Origin: an uncultured archaeon
Lineage (GTDB): Archaea > Asgardarchaeota > Thorarchaeia > Thorarchaeales > Thorarchaeaceae
Length of the DNA stretch: 64,000 nucleotides
Assembly (NCBI GenBank): GCA_964558645.1
Contig: CAZLEV010000011.1
Coordinates: forward strand, 56,385-120,384
Direction of reading: 5' to 3'
Position numbers and translations under genes: made by a program. The stretch's first letter is position 1, and each line of letters starts with the position of its first letter. This document shows, one piece after another, positions 38,559-48,241 of this stretch. Under the pieces are notes generated by a model, which did no database searches, was not told where the DNA came from, and was given only the letters and a program-made list of their open reading frames with translations.

Positions 38559-40760
38559 TCAGTATGATATGGTCTTTGCGAACCCTCGGACCGAATTGAC
38601 CAGAGAGGACACTTGACCCTGCCTCTCAGCCGTCACCACGACAGAAACACATGTGCGTCCCTCGCTTGAACCGCCAGCCAGGCATGCCCGCATCGATTTG
38701 CCCGTGAAGCGAAGGAATGAAAGGTCATCTTGTTCTTTCATTGAATCGAATTTCAGTCCTGACGCCAGCAAGGCGACTATGACCCTCTTCATCACAGACA
38801 TAGGTTCTGAGCCATCCTCACAGAAACTGATTTGGTCACGTTGAACCGCGTTGCTGTGGAAAAGGAATCGGTGGGACACACTTGAATAGAGTACCTTTCG
38901 CATCATGGCTCTTTCGAGAAGACTCGGTGAAACATCACCAAAAGCGCGCGTCTTCACTTGGGACAAATCAATACCAGAGTCATCCAGTGAAACTTCGGGA
39001 GCTGCTACTTCGGTGACCTCGGTCTTGCTCGGCTCCTCAGCAAGAGGATGCCTTGGCGCAGGATCGTCGGTTATGGAATACTCTTGCTTCTGGCGACTGA
39101 ATAGCACTTTCGCGTATTCACGAATCCACTCATCAAGCGCCTCCCAATCCTCACGGCTCATCTTCACCGGAGGCTTTGGTACCTCAGGAAGATAGTCCAG
39201 TTCACTCGCTTCATCACCGGGAGTTGAAGCGGACTCGGTTTCCTCCGCGGTATCTTCAGGCTCGTCCACCTCGAACGACTCCGAAGGCATCAGTTTTGCG
39301 GCTTCGAAGAGACTTGATAGTCTGTCCGTACCCCCATGTTTCGACAGTCGAGGGCGGACCTGCATCAGAAAGCCACGGCGATTCTCGGTAGTCTGGTCAA
39401 ATGCTAGGGCAACACCACGAGGGAGACTACTGATGAAGGCCTTGTCGCGAAACACCTCAGGCATGACGGCGGGCGCTCGTTGTTGAAGTGCCTTGATGTC
39501 CCCATCATGTGACAGCGAATGAGAGAGGATTATGTCAGCCTGTGATATGGCATCATCGGACACTGCAGAGGGTTGTTGTGTACAGAGAACCAGACTGCAA
39601 CCAAAACGACGACCCAGCTTGGCATAGCTGATGATTGCATCCTTTGCAGGCGTTGTTCCTGTTCTTGGTACGAGTGTGTGCGCCTCATCAATAATCAGCC
39701 AGGTTGGAGGTAGCTCCTCCCGCGCACTTGTCCCCTCGTCAGTCCAAGCCATGCGATAGGTGAGAACCTGCCTGCAGAGAATGTTAGTAAGAATGGCCAA
39801 GACCGCCTCCGCATCTGATCCCAGTGGTGCTACGTCTACCACCGAGATCTGGCCGGGAATCGCCAAATCCTGAGCACTGGTTCCTCCGGGATTGAACACG
39901 CCGAGTCGATCGGCCTTTCGAAGACGTTGAATCAATGCAGTACGTGTTGAGGGTTTGTAGAGATCAATAAATGTCGGATTTGCTTCGATGCACTGAATCA
40001 TGTCGCGTATGCTGAAATCAGGCTCAGCTGAAACGTGGTCACCATCTTCTTGAGAGTATCCCTTCTTGAGACTATGGAGCACATCTCCAATCAGATTGTC
40101 CATCGTTGTTGACAACTGGCCGTCCTTCTCCAGAACGTAGCCCCAATCGGCCCCTGATAGCTCTGATGGACTGATTGAGAGTGGAAGCAACCTAGACTTC
40201 TTCTTTACCTCATCAGGAAGACCGGCGTAACTCCTCTTGGGGATGTATACTGAGATTGAAAAACCCCTTGCGTCTAAAGACCAGTTCTTGAGAAGATCCA
40301 ACTGACCGGTATTGGGCTCCACCATCTGACGAAACACATCAACAGTGTCAATCAGAACAGCAGCCACCTGAATCTCACGTCGCTCCATGGCCAGAGCGAG
40401 CTCTTCGGCAACGATGCCAAGTGTATAGCTTTTCCCCGAACCACGCTTTCCTGCTACAAACAGCACATGGGGACTTACAAGGTCGAGCCAGACAGGTGTG
40501 CCCAGCAGAGAAGTAAGAGGATCATCAGATGTTTCACTGACTGCGCCAATCATACCAAGTCCACTTGACTCATACCTGTTGTGAAACGACTCCGAACGGC
40601 CCAGAATAACTCCGAGATCCGGATCGGTCAGGACCTCGAGGGGATCGGTCACAAGGGGATGGTAGTCCAGCACATCCTCTGATATGAGCTCAACAGGTTC
40701 CTTAGCCGTGGAGGGAACAGCCTCCTCCGTATTGTCGTGGTGATGCTGCGGGTCGGGCAT
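38559..40760 (-). CDS. HerA/FtsK-superfamily (DUF87) ATPase with acidic linker and C-terminal alpha/beta domain
   Basis: Walker A GKRGSGKS, LIDT, Walker B LIIDEAH, GRRFG, TQQP. Confidence 0.85.
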   Translation of the reverse strand: MPDPQHHHDNTEEAVPSTAKEPVELISEDVLDYHPLVTDPLEVLTDPDLGVILGRSESFHNRYESSGLGMIGAVSETSDDPLTSLLGTPVWLDLVSPHVLFVAGKRGSGKSYTLGIVAEELALAMERREIQVAAVLIDTVDVFRQMVEPNTGQLDLLKNWSLDARGFSISVYIPKRSYAGLPDEVKKKSRLLPLSISPSELSGADWGYVLEKDGQLSTTMDNLIGDVLHSLKKGYSQEDGDHVSAEPDFSIRDMIQCIEANPTFIDLYKPSTRTALIQRLRKADRLGVFNPGGTSAQDLAIPGQISVVDVAPLGSDAEAVLAILTNILCRQVLTYRMAWTDEGTSAREELPPTWLIIDEAHTLVPRTGTTPAKDAIISYAKLGRRFGCSLVLCTQQPSAVSDDAISQADIILSHSLSHDGDIKALQQRAPAVMPEVFRDKAFISSLPRGVALAFDQTTENRRGFLMQVRPRLSKHGGTDRLSSLFEAAKLMPSESFEVDEPEDTAEETESASTPGDEASELDYLPEVPKPPVKMSREDWEALDEWIREYAKVLFSRQKQEYSITDDPAPRHPLAEEPSKTEVTEVAAPEVSLDDSGIDLSQVKTRAFGDVSPSLLERAMMRKVLYSSVSHRFLFHSNAVQRDQISFCEDGSEPMSVMKRVIVALLASGLKFDSMKEQDDLSFLRFTGKSMRACLAGGSSEGRTCVSVVVTAERQGQVSSLVNSVRGFAKTISY

Positions 40761-40883
40761 GACGGTATCAGTTCAACTGATATTTCAATCCCGATAAGTG
40801 TTTGTAGCTTCGCGCCTATTCGCTCAGTAACAGGATGAAGAGATTCGGTAAGACTCAAAACCATCATCTAGGAAGACCAAGAT

Positions 40884-41663
40884 ATGTCAGATGTGATTGA
40901 AGATGGATCGCTAGTATTCATCTTTCTAGATGCCAAGAGGAATTGGATAAGACGGGCTAAGCAAGGAGAAGAATTTCACTCGAACAAGGGTATCATTGAA
41001 TACGATGACCTTATTGGACGGCCCTTCGGCATCAAGGTGCTGAGTCATCAAGGGAAGGAGTTCCAGATACACAGACCCAGTCAGACAGATGTCCAGATAG
41101 CGATGGGAAGAAACACGCAGATAATCTATCCAAAGGATGCAGGAACAATACTGATCGAGGCCCAGATCAATGCCGGTTCACGAGTTGTTGAATCGGGTAC
41201 GGGATCAGGGGCACTGACAAGCATCCTCTCACGAGCAGTGGGAAAGAATGGGCACGTGTATACGTACGAGATTCGAGAGGATATGTATAGGGGAGCAGAG
41301 AAGAACCTCACAAAGCACGGTCTGACTGAAAACATCAGGATGTACAATCAAGACATCGCAGAAGGTATAGAACAGTCAGACCTCGATGCTGTCATTCTTG
41401 ACCTAGCTACTCCGTGGGAGCTGGTCGACGAGGCACACAGAGCACTGAAGCCAAGCAGATATTTCGCAAGCTATAGCCCCACCATCGAACAGGTCATGAA
41501 GACCTGCAAGACCTTGGGGCAGAGCGGACAGTGGGGAATGATCAAGACGCTTGAGGTTCTGCAGCGCGAGATAATGGTGAGAGAAGGAAAGACACGGCCC
41601 CCTACCTGGATGGTCGGTCACACAGGGTATATGACGTTTGCACGAAACATGGCCGAGGAGTAG
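40884..41663 (+). CDS. trmI: tRNA (adenine-N1, m1A58) methyltransferase
   Basis: TQIIYPKD, ESGTGSG, YEIRED, LDLATPW, SPTIEQV, GHTGY. Confidence 0.93.
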   Translation: MSDVIEDGSLVFIFLDAKRNWIRRAKQGEEFHSNKGIIEYDDLIGRPFGIKVLSHQGKEFQIHRPSQTDVQIAMGRNTQIIYPKDAGTILIEAQINAGSRVVESGTGSGALTSILSRAVGKNGHVYTYEIREDMYRGAEKNLTKHGLTENIRMYNQDIAEGIEQSDLDAVILDLATPWELVDEAHRALKPSRYFASYSPTIEQVMKTCKTLGQSGQWGMIKTLEVLQREIMVREGKTRPPTWMVGHTGYMTFARNMAEE

Positions 41664-41700
41664 TCCTGTGCGAAACCTTATATGCCAATCCTGTCGGTTT

Positions 41701-41730
41701 ATTGTTGACGATTGTTGTCGATTAATGTCG
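41701..41730 (+). promoter_or_regulatory. Three tandem 10-bp direct repeats downstream of a TATA-like box
   Basis: ATTGTTGACG / ATTGTTGTCG / ATTAATGTCG; CCTTATAT about 20 nt upstream. Confidence 0.5.
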
Positions 41731-41756
41731 GTCAGTCCGGTGGCAGGTCCAGAAAA

Positions 41757-42134
41757 ATGGGATACCAACACAAAAGAAAACCATGTGCCGAAGAGGCCAA
41801 AGAAACCCTTGAGAATGTGCTGAAGGTAGAAGGGACAGAATACGCCTTGATTGAGGCAGCCGAAACGCTACATGTCCCCAATCCGACACAGGATATTCTG
41901 AAGAATGAGGCAGTAACGAACGTTCTTCCTAACAAGACGAATGAACTTCTGAGAGACGAGACTGCTAAGAAAGTAGAAGTATCTGGTCCGACAGCAGATG
42001 AGATTGGCACGGTCAAGGAGTACGAAGCGTCTGTCAACGTTGATTTTCAGATAGGCCTGGAGAAGGACGGATATCATAAAGACAGGAAGGGGAAGAATCT
42101 CCTCAAACTGGGATACGATTGTGAAGAATCATAG
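41757..42134 (+). CDS. Hypothetical acidic protein
   Basis: 125-aa ORF from ATG 41757; no recognised motif. Confidence 0.55.
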   Translation: MGYQHKRKPCAEEAKETLENVLKVEGTEYALIEAAETLHVPNPTQDILKNEAVTNVLPNKTNELLRDETAKKVEVSGPTADEIGTVKEYEASVNVDFQIGLEKDGYHKDRKGKNLLKLGYDCEES

Positions 42135-42172
42135 GAGGGTTTCAGCTGTCTGATGAGCAGTACATCAAGGGA

Positions 42173-42523
42173 TTGAGAGACGAGATAGACGAACTGAAAA
42201 GAACCGTTCGATCCTTGAGGAGCACAGTGGCGGATCTAGCAACTCAACTGGAGGCAAGTGAACCACACGAGGATGAGTTGAAGACATCAGGATATAGCGT
42301 GTCTGACGATGTAAGATCATGTTTAGACCAAGATGTCAGTTGGGCAAGACTGATGGGTCTGCTTGAACATTCAAACAGGGGGCTCACCACAACAGAGCTT
42401 GCTGAGAAATGGGGAAAATCGCGGTCAAGAACTAGTGAAGTCCTGAATCGGCTTGTTGAAGAAGGACATCTCATCAAATTCCGTGATGGAAGAAGAGTCA
42501 AGTTCCTCCCTGCAGAGGACTGA
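42173..42523 (+). CDS. Coiled-coil + winged-HTH transcriptional regulator
   Basis: N-terminal heptads; GLTTTELAEKWGKSRSRTSEVLNRLVEEG HTH with RDGRR wing. Confidence 0.8.
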   Translation: MRDEIDELKRTVRSLRSTVADLATQLEASEPHEDELKTSGYSVSDDVRSCLDQDVSWARLMGLLEHSNRGLTTTELAEKWGKSRSRTSEVLNRLVEEGHLIKFRDGRRVKFLPAED

Positions 42524-42704
42524 CAGACCTTTTCGTCCAGAGTCAAGCACACTGACATATCTTCTTGCAGTCAATAGCCCACCATGTTCAGAATAGTGAT
42601 GGCCAGAGATTCCTATGATGCGGTAGATGTCGGTGAACGCTAGGTAGTCTTAAGTAGAACTAGCTGTTTGATACGACAACAGACCCACTGCCGGAGTTGT
42701 TGTA

Positions 42705-45035
42705 GTGAGCAACGTGATACCACGCCGTGAGAAAGGTGAAAACCTCGACCTAGAGGGAATTGATGTATACACTAAGAACCTGATGGAGTTAAACGCCCAG
42801 AGCCAGAATGCCATTCGGACTTTCGTGCTCCACGATATAGACGACAAAGAGGGGTTCGAGAAGAAACTCACAGAGATGCACGACGCAATGACTAGGCTCT
42901 ATGACCAGGTAGCGAAGTTCTCAGAAGATATAATGACTGAAGACTTTGACATCGCGTATCTAAGAAATCGAATCGCACTGGCGGAGGGAGAATCAAAACA
43001 GCAGATGGAAGAGGCGCTTGATGAGCTTCAGGTAAAATCGGAGAAGAACCTGGGCGAAGTGTGGATGGCAAAGGTCATGGCTTGGTTGCATCAAGCTGCC
43101 GCCGCAAGCAGCCCGTTCATCGATACGGAGAACAAAGAGAAAGCAGATGGTGCCTCCCGATATCTCTCTCAAGTTTATACAATGCTCGAGAGATCTTTCG
43201 CAGCAGTTGCCAGAAAGACAGAGGGAACAACCAAGCTGCGGCGAGTGGCCCTCGGGCACATGGCGCACAAGCTCATCAAAGAATCCGGCCACAAAGGTAA
43301 AGAAGAACTGGCAGAGATTATTGGTAAGAACAAAGCAGCAGAAGCCGAGTTCTATGATGATTTTCTGAAGGAACTAATCGGAAAAGAGAGTACCTTCAGG
43401 CAGGCGTTCAATCCCTTTGACGAAATCATCTGGAGAGATATTCTGAATACATATGTCTTTGAGCGAGCAACAGACCTCTATAACGAAGCCATCCCAAACC
43501 TCGACAAGAGTTCAAGAGTGTCAAAGGACAAGATTGCCATGACCAAGTCATGGAAGCAGAATACGGCGGGACTGAGTGAGGTCTATCTTGCCATGACCTA
43601 TACTGATATTGCAGACTCCCAGATGCGCGACGGAAATCTTGAGGATGCATCAAAACTCTACATGACGGCATCCAATGCTTTTGGGCGAGCAGAGAAGTGC
43701 TTCGCTGAGGTCATGTCCCTTCAGGGCAATGCTGAACAGTCACGGAATGACAAGGAGCACAAGAAGGCACAGGCGCTGTTCTGTAAGGCCGAAGCAGCAG
43801 TAGGCACACTCTCTGATCTTCTCAGGATAAACAACAGAGATGAAGCAATCGTTGTTCTGGAAGAAATCTTCGAAGACCTTCGAAAGTCCGAGAATCTTTC
43901 AAAAACACGAGAGCTCACGGGAGCCGTCAAGGAAAACCTCCGAATCTTTTCATTTGTTGAAAACCAACTAAAGAAGAGTCAGAGCACAACTGATTCGATT
44001 ATTGACCAGATCGAGCTTGCAAAAGGAATACGAAGGGAGGGACTGATTCAAGACGTCAACAAATCACTGGACGATACAACCTCCCTGATGACGAATGATC
44101 CTCCGAAGGCCCTAGAGTCGCTGCGTGAAGGACTGACAAGCCTGGGCATTCTGCTCAGTCTCGAGAGGGAAGATGACGAGATCACACTTTTGCGTAATCG
44201 AACTATTGCCCTACTGAACAACGTGAAATATGTGATTCAGTTCAGACTCAGCTCTCAGCTTCAAACCGGTGTGAATTTCATCCAATCAAGAATACTGGAG
44301 AACCTTCATGCCAAAGACGCTGCGGAGTATTACAAGGTAATTGGAGAGTTGGAGCAAGCAGAAGAACTGACGGATCTGGGAAAGCTGGCCGTTGCGACAG
44401 CCTATGCCTCAGAGGCACAGATATTTGCGAGACAATCAGAACAGTGGGCATTCAGAGCACAGCTTGAACGAACGGGGGCGCTCAGCAGGCTCGAAGATGA
44501 GATTGCCCAGATTGAGGAAGACGAAGAGGCCCTACCAAACGCAATACAAGCTCATGATACTTGTATTGAACGTATCAAGCATACCATGGCAGCATTCCAG
44601 TCTGCCGCAAAGGAACTGGATGGTGTTCAAAGACAGGATATCCGAAAGAAGAACAATGTGGAAGACCAGGTCAAACAGCTTCAAGGCGTAGTGATGAAGT
44701 TCAAGGGAGATCTCTCTCGGCTTGAGGGAGCAAAGAGTGATTTCATGGCCGAGTATGCATCCATGAAAGGAGAGGGGTCGAAAGCTCGAAAGCACTACAC
44801 TGACGCCAGTGATTGGCTAAGACAGGCGGTGGGGAGCTACTCATATGCTACACAGGTATTCCAACAGCTTGGCGACGCGAATGCCGCTCAGAATGTTGAT
44901 ACCCGAGCCAAGACTGCAGATCTTCTCGCCAGGTCGGTCTGGGACAATCGCCAGAAACTGGAGAGACAGCAGGAACCGAAATACAAGAGTCAGGCCGAAC
45001 TCGCAGCTCTGTATCTTGGAACAACTGGAGACTAG
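42705..45035 (+). CDS. Large all-helical (TPR/alpha-solenoid-like) protein
   Basis: 776 aa, rich in A/E/K/L; repeated A..LY..A...F..A helix-pair pattern; no TM segment. Confidence 0.75.
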   Translation: MSNVIPRREKGENLDLEGIDVYTKNLMELNAQSQNAIRTFVLHDIDDKEGFEKKLTEMHDAMTRLYDQVAKFSEDIMTEDFDIAYLRNRIALAEGESKQQMEEALDELQVKSEKNLGEVWMAKVMAWLHQAAAASSPFIDTENKEKADGASRYLSQVYTMLERSFAAVARKTEGTTKLRRVALGHMAHKLIKESGHKGKEELAEIIGKNKAAEAEFYDDFLKELIGKESTFRQAFNPFDEIIWRDILNTYVFERATDLYNEAIPNLDKSSRVSKDKIAMTKSWKQNTAGLSEVYLAMTYTDIADSQMRDGNLEDASKLYMTASNAFGRAEKCFAEVMSLQGNAEQSRNDKEHKKAQALFCKAEAAVGTLSDLLRINNRDEAIVVLEEIFEDLRKSENLSKTRELTGAVKENLRIFSFVENQLKKSQSTTDSIIDQIELAKGIRREGLIQDVNKSLDDTTSLMTNDPPKALESLREGLTSLGILLSLEREDDEITLLRNRTIALLNNVKYVIQFRLSSQLQTGVNFIQSRILENLHAKDAAEYYKVIGELEQAEELTDLGKLAVATAYASEAQIFARQSEQWAFRAQLERTGALSRLEDEIAQIEEDEEALPNAIQAHDTCIERIKHTMAAFQSAAKELDGVQRQDIRKKNNVEDQVKQLQGVVMKFKGDLSRLEGAKSDFMAEYASMKGEGSKARKHYTDASDWLRQAVGSYSYATQVFQQLGDANAAQNVDTRAKTADLLARSVWDNRQKLERQQEPKYKSQAELAALYLGTTGD

Positions 45036-45083
45036 AAGCAGGCATCCAGACGATTCAGAAGAGTTCAAAAGTGAACGAGGCAA

Positions 45084-45686
45084 ATGCCTGCTTGGTGTAA
45101 TATCATGGAATCTGGGAGCGAGTCAAAGCAGATAAGAGGCTTGGACACCTTCGATATCGGGGGGCTGTTCAGGGGTTCTGCCACAGTTACGTTTGTGATT
45201 GAAATCATCGCAACAATAGTGATGCTTGGATCCGTGGCGGCATACTATGTTGATGGTCTATTGCCGGCGTTGACAACGGATATTCAGGTCCTGCTTCTAC
45301 TTCTTGGGAGTATTGCCACACTGCTCGTCTTTCTGGCTGCAATGGGCGTGTTTGTTCGCTTCTCTAGGAGAATCAGTGACCTGGTCATCGGACCGGGCAT
45401 CCAGGAGGTGCCCATGGATACTCCCCGTGTCAGAACTGTTGTCTATATCTATGCGATATTGGTCACCCTGATGGCCGCGACAGGCCTATACCTCTGGTAC
45501 CTTGTTCACAAGTACACTCTTGGTCCTTGGGCTGGAGATTCGATATCTCTCATGATATTCGGACTCGCGCTTGGAGCATTCTTCATTGCCCTACTCGTAC
45601 AGATCATTGTTGCACTCGTTGGCCGAACTGCAACCAAAGTCATCATCGAAGTCTTGGACCAGGACGATGAGGAGTTTCTGGAGTAG
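45084..45686 (+). CDS. 4-TM membrane protein of unknown function (start possibly ATG 45105)
   Basis: Four hydrophobic helices and an acidic tail. Confidence 0.75.
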   Translation: MPAWCNIMESGSESKQIRGLDTFDIGGLFRGSATVTFVIEIIATIVMLGSVAAYYVDGLLPALTTDIQVLLLLLGSIATLLVFLAAMGVFVRFSRRISDLVIGPGIQEVPMDTPRVRTVVYIYAILVTLMAATGLYLWYLVHKYTLGPWAGDSISLMIFGLALGAFFIALLVQIIVALVGRTATKVIIEVLDQDDEEFLE

Positions 45687-45837
45687 TTAGAAGCTACCAC
45701 GGAACGTCGAAGTATTCCTAACCGTTCACGCGACAAAGAATGCAATAGGTCAGCATCCCCACGCACATGGAGGAGGCCCACAACCAGAGAAGCTCCAGGA
45801 GTCCGAACTGGTTACTTTGCGTGAGGAGCATTGAAAA

Positions 45838-45936
45838 TAGGTGATGCGGCTAGTATAATTGCCGCTCCAGAGAAGGGATGACAGCCGGTCTACGGTAAGA
45901 GGTCCTGAACCAATTGCGTTCTAATCCGCCCCTACA
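45838..45936. ncRNA. Candidate structured intergenic RNA/DNA element (unassigned)
   Basis: Nested complementarity AGG/CCT, GCGG/CCGC, TAG/CTA, TAATTG/CAATTG, GGGAT/GTCCT, GCCG/CGGT; GATGA and CTGA boxes; 3' ACA. Confidence 0.3.
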
Positions 45937-45937
45937 A

Positions 45938-46477
45938 CTACATGGATGGATCTGTAACGACCTGGTGAAGGGCATCTACAGCTTCTTTTGCTTCTTTGCA
46001 TCGTGGGTCTGCGATAACAACTATCGCACGTGATGGCGTAGAGCGAACGTCAAATCTGAGAGTTAGTTTTTTCCTGCCCAACGGGCAATAAAGTAGACAA
46101 GGTACTGAAATCGCAACTGTGACTAAGCCGGCAATGAGTCCATACATCAGGGAATACAAGATGAAAACCAAGCCCAAACCGATGTAGTTGAAAGCCATAT
46201 TCCGATCAATTCTGCGCTCCATCGATCCGTAGTTTACTCCACATTCTCCTCGTTTCCATCCTTTCAGGCATGCTCGCTCAACCCACCGGTTTATTCTCTG
46301 GGCCAGAATTGCGTCATTAAAATCGAGATTCGGCTCGACTGTATATTCAAAGGTTCCCTTCAAACAACCACTCCACTGTAACGTAGACAAGGATCCAATA
46401 TAAGAATATCCAGATTCGACTGATGCACAGGCAACACGCGGTGGGCAGTCTTCTCTAGTAAGAAGGACTTCAGGCAT
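45938..46477 (-). CDS. Hypothetical 2-TM membrane protein
   Basis: Hydrophobic hairpin YIGLGLVFILY...VPCLLY; start uncertain. Confidence 0.5.
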   Translation of the reverse strand: MPEVLLTREDCPPRVACASVESGYSYIGSLSTLQWSGCLKGTFEYTVEPNLDFNDAILAQRINRWVERACLKGWKRGECGVNYGSMERRIDRNMAFNYIGLGLVFILYSLMYGLIAGLVTVAISVPCLLYCPLGRKKLTLRFDVRSTPSRAIVVIADPRCKEAKEAVDALHQVVTDPSM

Positions 46478-46520
46478 TCAGGGAACGAACTTCGGATTCG
46501 AGGACATGTGAATTCAATTT

Positions 46521-46640
46521 CTACGCTTCGTCCTCCTCTCGGAGGAAGCGAGGCTCTTCCAGTATCTCCTCCCTTGACCGCATGTACGGACGTTTCTTGA
46601 GAGAGCGATGCTCCTCTTTCTCGTAGTATTGCACAGTCAT
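46521..46640 (-). CDS. Small charged 39-aa protein below the ORF-track cutoff
   Basis: MTVQYYEKEEHRSLKKRPYMRSREEILEEPRFLREEDEA*, with GGGGT just upstream of the ATG. Confidence 0.45.
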   Translation of the reverse strand: MTVQYYEKEEHRSLKKRPYMRSREEILEEPRFLREEDEA

Positions 46641-46953
46641 ATAGACCCCCATACGCCGAGAGAGAACCCTGTAAATGCGCCTATCAGAACGCCCCAAGTC
46701 TCACCCTCGGGGGCCATATGGAAGCTCCAACAATCTGTCCCACGAAGAGAAGCGAGATAACAGAACACTGTAACTCAGAGACCAAGGCAATCTATTTCCC
46801 AACATCTTGGAAACCACCAGCACCCTATTCCTTCGCAGAATTCATAGCTGCTCATACGTCCATTCGCGAATATTCATTTTGGTTCTTGTCATCGTTTTAT
46901 ATGGCGGATTGTGCTCCACTATCTATGGTAGAGCTCGCTCTGAGGAATAAATC

Positions 46954-48240
46954 ATGAAGGTCAAACTGAGATATGGTGATGGGAAAGTCGAACTGAATAT
47001 CCCGGAGAAAAACCTGGCAGGACAGGTATCACCCGGAGAGACTGAGACCCTTCCCGATACGATGAGTGAGTTTGAGAGAGTGCTGAACAATCCTCACGGC
47101 CCTCATCTAAAGGATCTGGTAAAGGGAAGAAGTGTCTGTGTCTTGGTTGAGGACCACACACGCGGTGAGCCACATAGAGAATTGCTCAATGCAATATCAC
47201 CACTACTCAGAGACGCCAATCTGGTTCAGTTCATCGTCACAACAGGCTCACACGAGGTGGAACACCCAGGCAATCTTGAGATTGTAGGGATGGCCAAGAG
47301 AGCGGCAAGAGATGCAGGTCTGAGGGATTTCAAAGTCAAGATACATGACTGCCAAGACCCCGATGTTGTAGATTATGGCAAGACATCACGGGGAACCCCG
47401 GTCATAGTAAACGCTGCGGCTGCAAATCATGACGTGTATGTGGCCCTTGCCGATATGAAGGCGCACTACTTTGCTGGTTACTCCAATGCTCTGAAAGACT
47501 TCCTCCCCGGGATTTGTGCTTTCGAGTCGATAGAGGCAAACCATTCAATGGCCCTGAATGCAGACTCGACCTTCGGGCAACACCCGTACCATCCCGACCC
47601 GGACAGAAGGAGCAACCCCCTGGCAGATGATATGCGCGAGGCAATGGAGATGATCACAGAGGATGCGAGAGCTTTCACTCTCTCGGTGGTATCTGCTGGT
47701 GATAGAATTGTGTGGGCTGACGCCGGTCAACTTGAACCTGTTATTGCCCGAGGCATTGAGGTCCTAGATGAGACCTCCAGTTTCACTGTGAAGAGGACTG
47801 CGAAGATTGTAGTGTCTCCGGGTGGTTATCCACAGGACAAGAGCCTCTATCATGCACAGAGAGGACTGGAACTCACTAAGAACGCCGTCGCGGACGGTGG
47901 AGAAGTCCTCTTTCTCGCAGAGTGCAGAGATGGGGTTGCTCCAGAGAGTGCAATACAGAACTTCTACAACAAACTCACTGCACCACTCGATGAAGTCGTA
48001 GAATCAATCAGTGAACAGTATCATCTGTACGAGCACAAGGCCTACAAATTCGCAGACTTGCTCTTACGTCTCTCTTCAATCAAGATGTATACTGAGCTCG
48101 ATAAGGATACAGTGGACAGAGCTCATCTCACCAAGATTGCAGATCCCCAACAGGTCGTTGACGAATGGATTGAAGAGGATCCAGATGTTCAGATTCTGGT
48201 TCTTGATAAGGCAAACAAGCTGGCAGTATACAGTGAGTGA
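46954..48240 (+). CDS. LarA-family nickel-pincer racemase/epimerase (LarA homolog)
   Basis: DHTR, TGSH, HYFAGYS..LK..LPG, NH, SPGGYP.D, AEC.DG. Confidence 0.88.
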   Translation: MKVKLRYGDGKVELNIPEKNLAGQVSPGETETLPDTMSEFERVLNNPHGPHLKDLVKGRSVCVLVEDHTRGEPHRELLNAISPLLRDANLVQFIVTTGSHEVEHPGNLEIVGMAKRAARDAGLRDFKVKIHDCQDPDVVDYGKTSRGTPVIVNAAAANHDVYVALADMKAHYFAGYSNALKDFLPGICAFESIEANHSMALNADSTFGQHPYHPDPDRRSNPLADDMREAMEMITEDARAFTLSVVSAGDRIVWADAGQLEPVIARGIEVLDETSSFTVKRTAKIVVSPGGYPQDKSLYHAQRGLELTKNAVADGGEVLFLAECRDGVAPESAIQNFYNKLTAPLDEVVESISEQYHLYEHKAYKFADLLLRLSSIKMYTELDKDTVDRAHLTKIADPQQVVDEWIEEDPDVQILVLDKANKLAVYSE

Positions 48241-48241
48241 T

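Noticed and set aside
38559-40760. HerA-NurA resection operon or Sir2-HerA defence system
   Set aside because: No nurA/mre11/rad50, Sir2 or nuclease partner is adjacent
45838-45936. Fluoride riboswitch, intron-containing tRNA-Trp, SECIS, or attC/REP element
   Set aside because: Only fragments of each consensus are present: no proper P1, no cloverleaf, helix too short for SECIS, no canonical attC ends
46718-46957. 79-aa ORF upstream of the LarA homolog
   Set aside because: It spans the likely promoter (TTTATAT near 46897) and has no recognisable features
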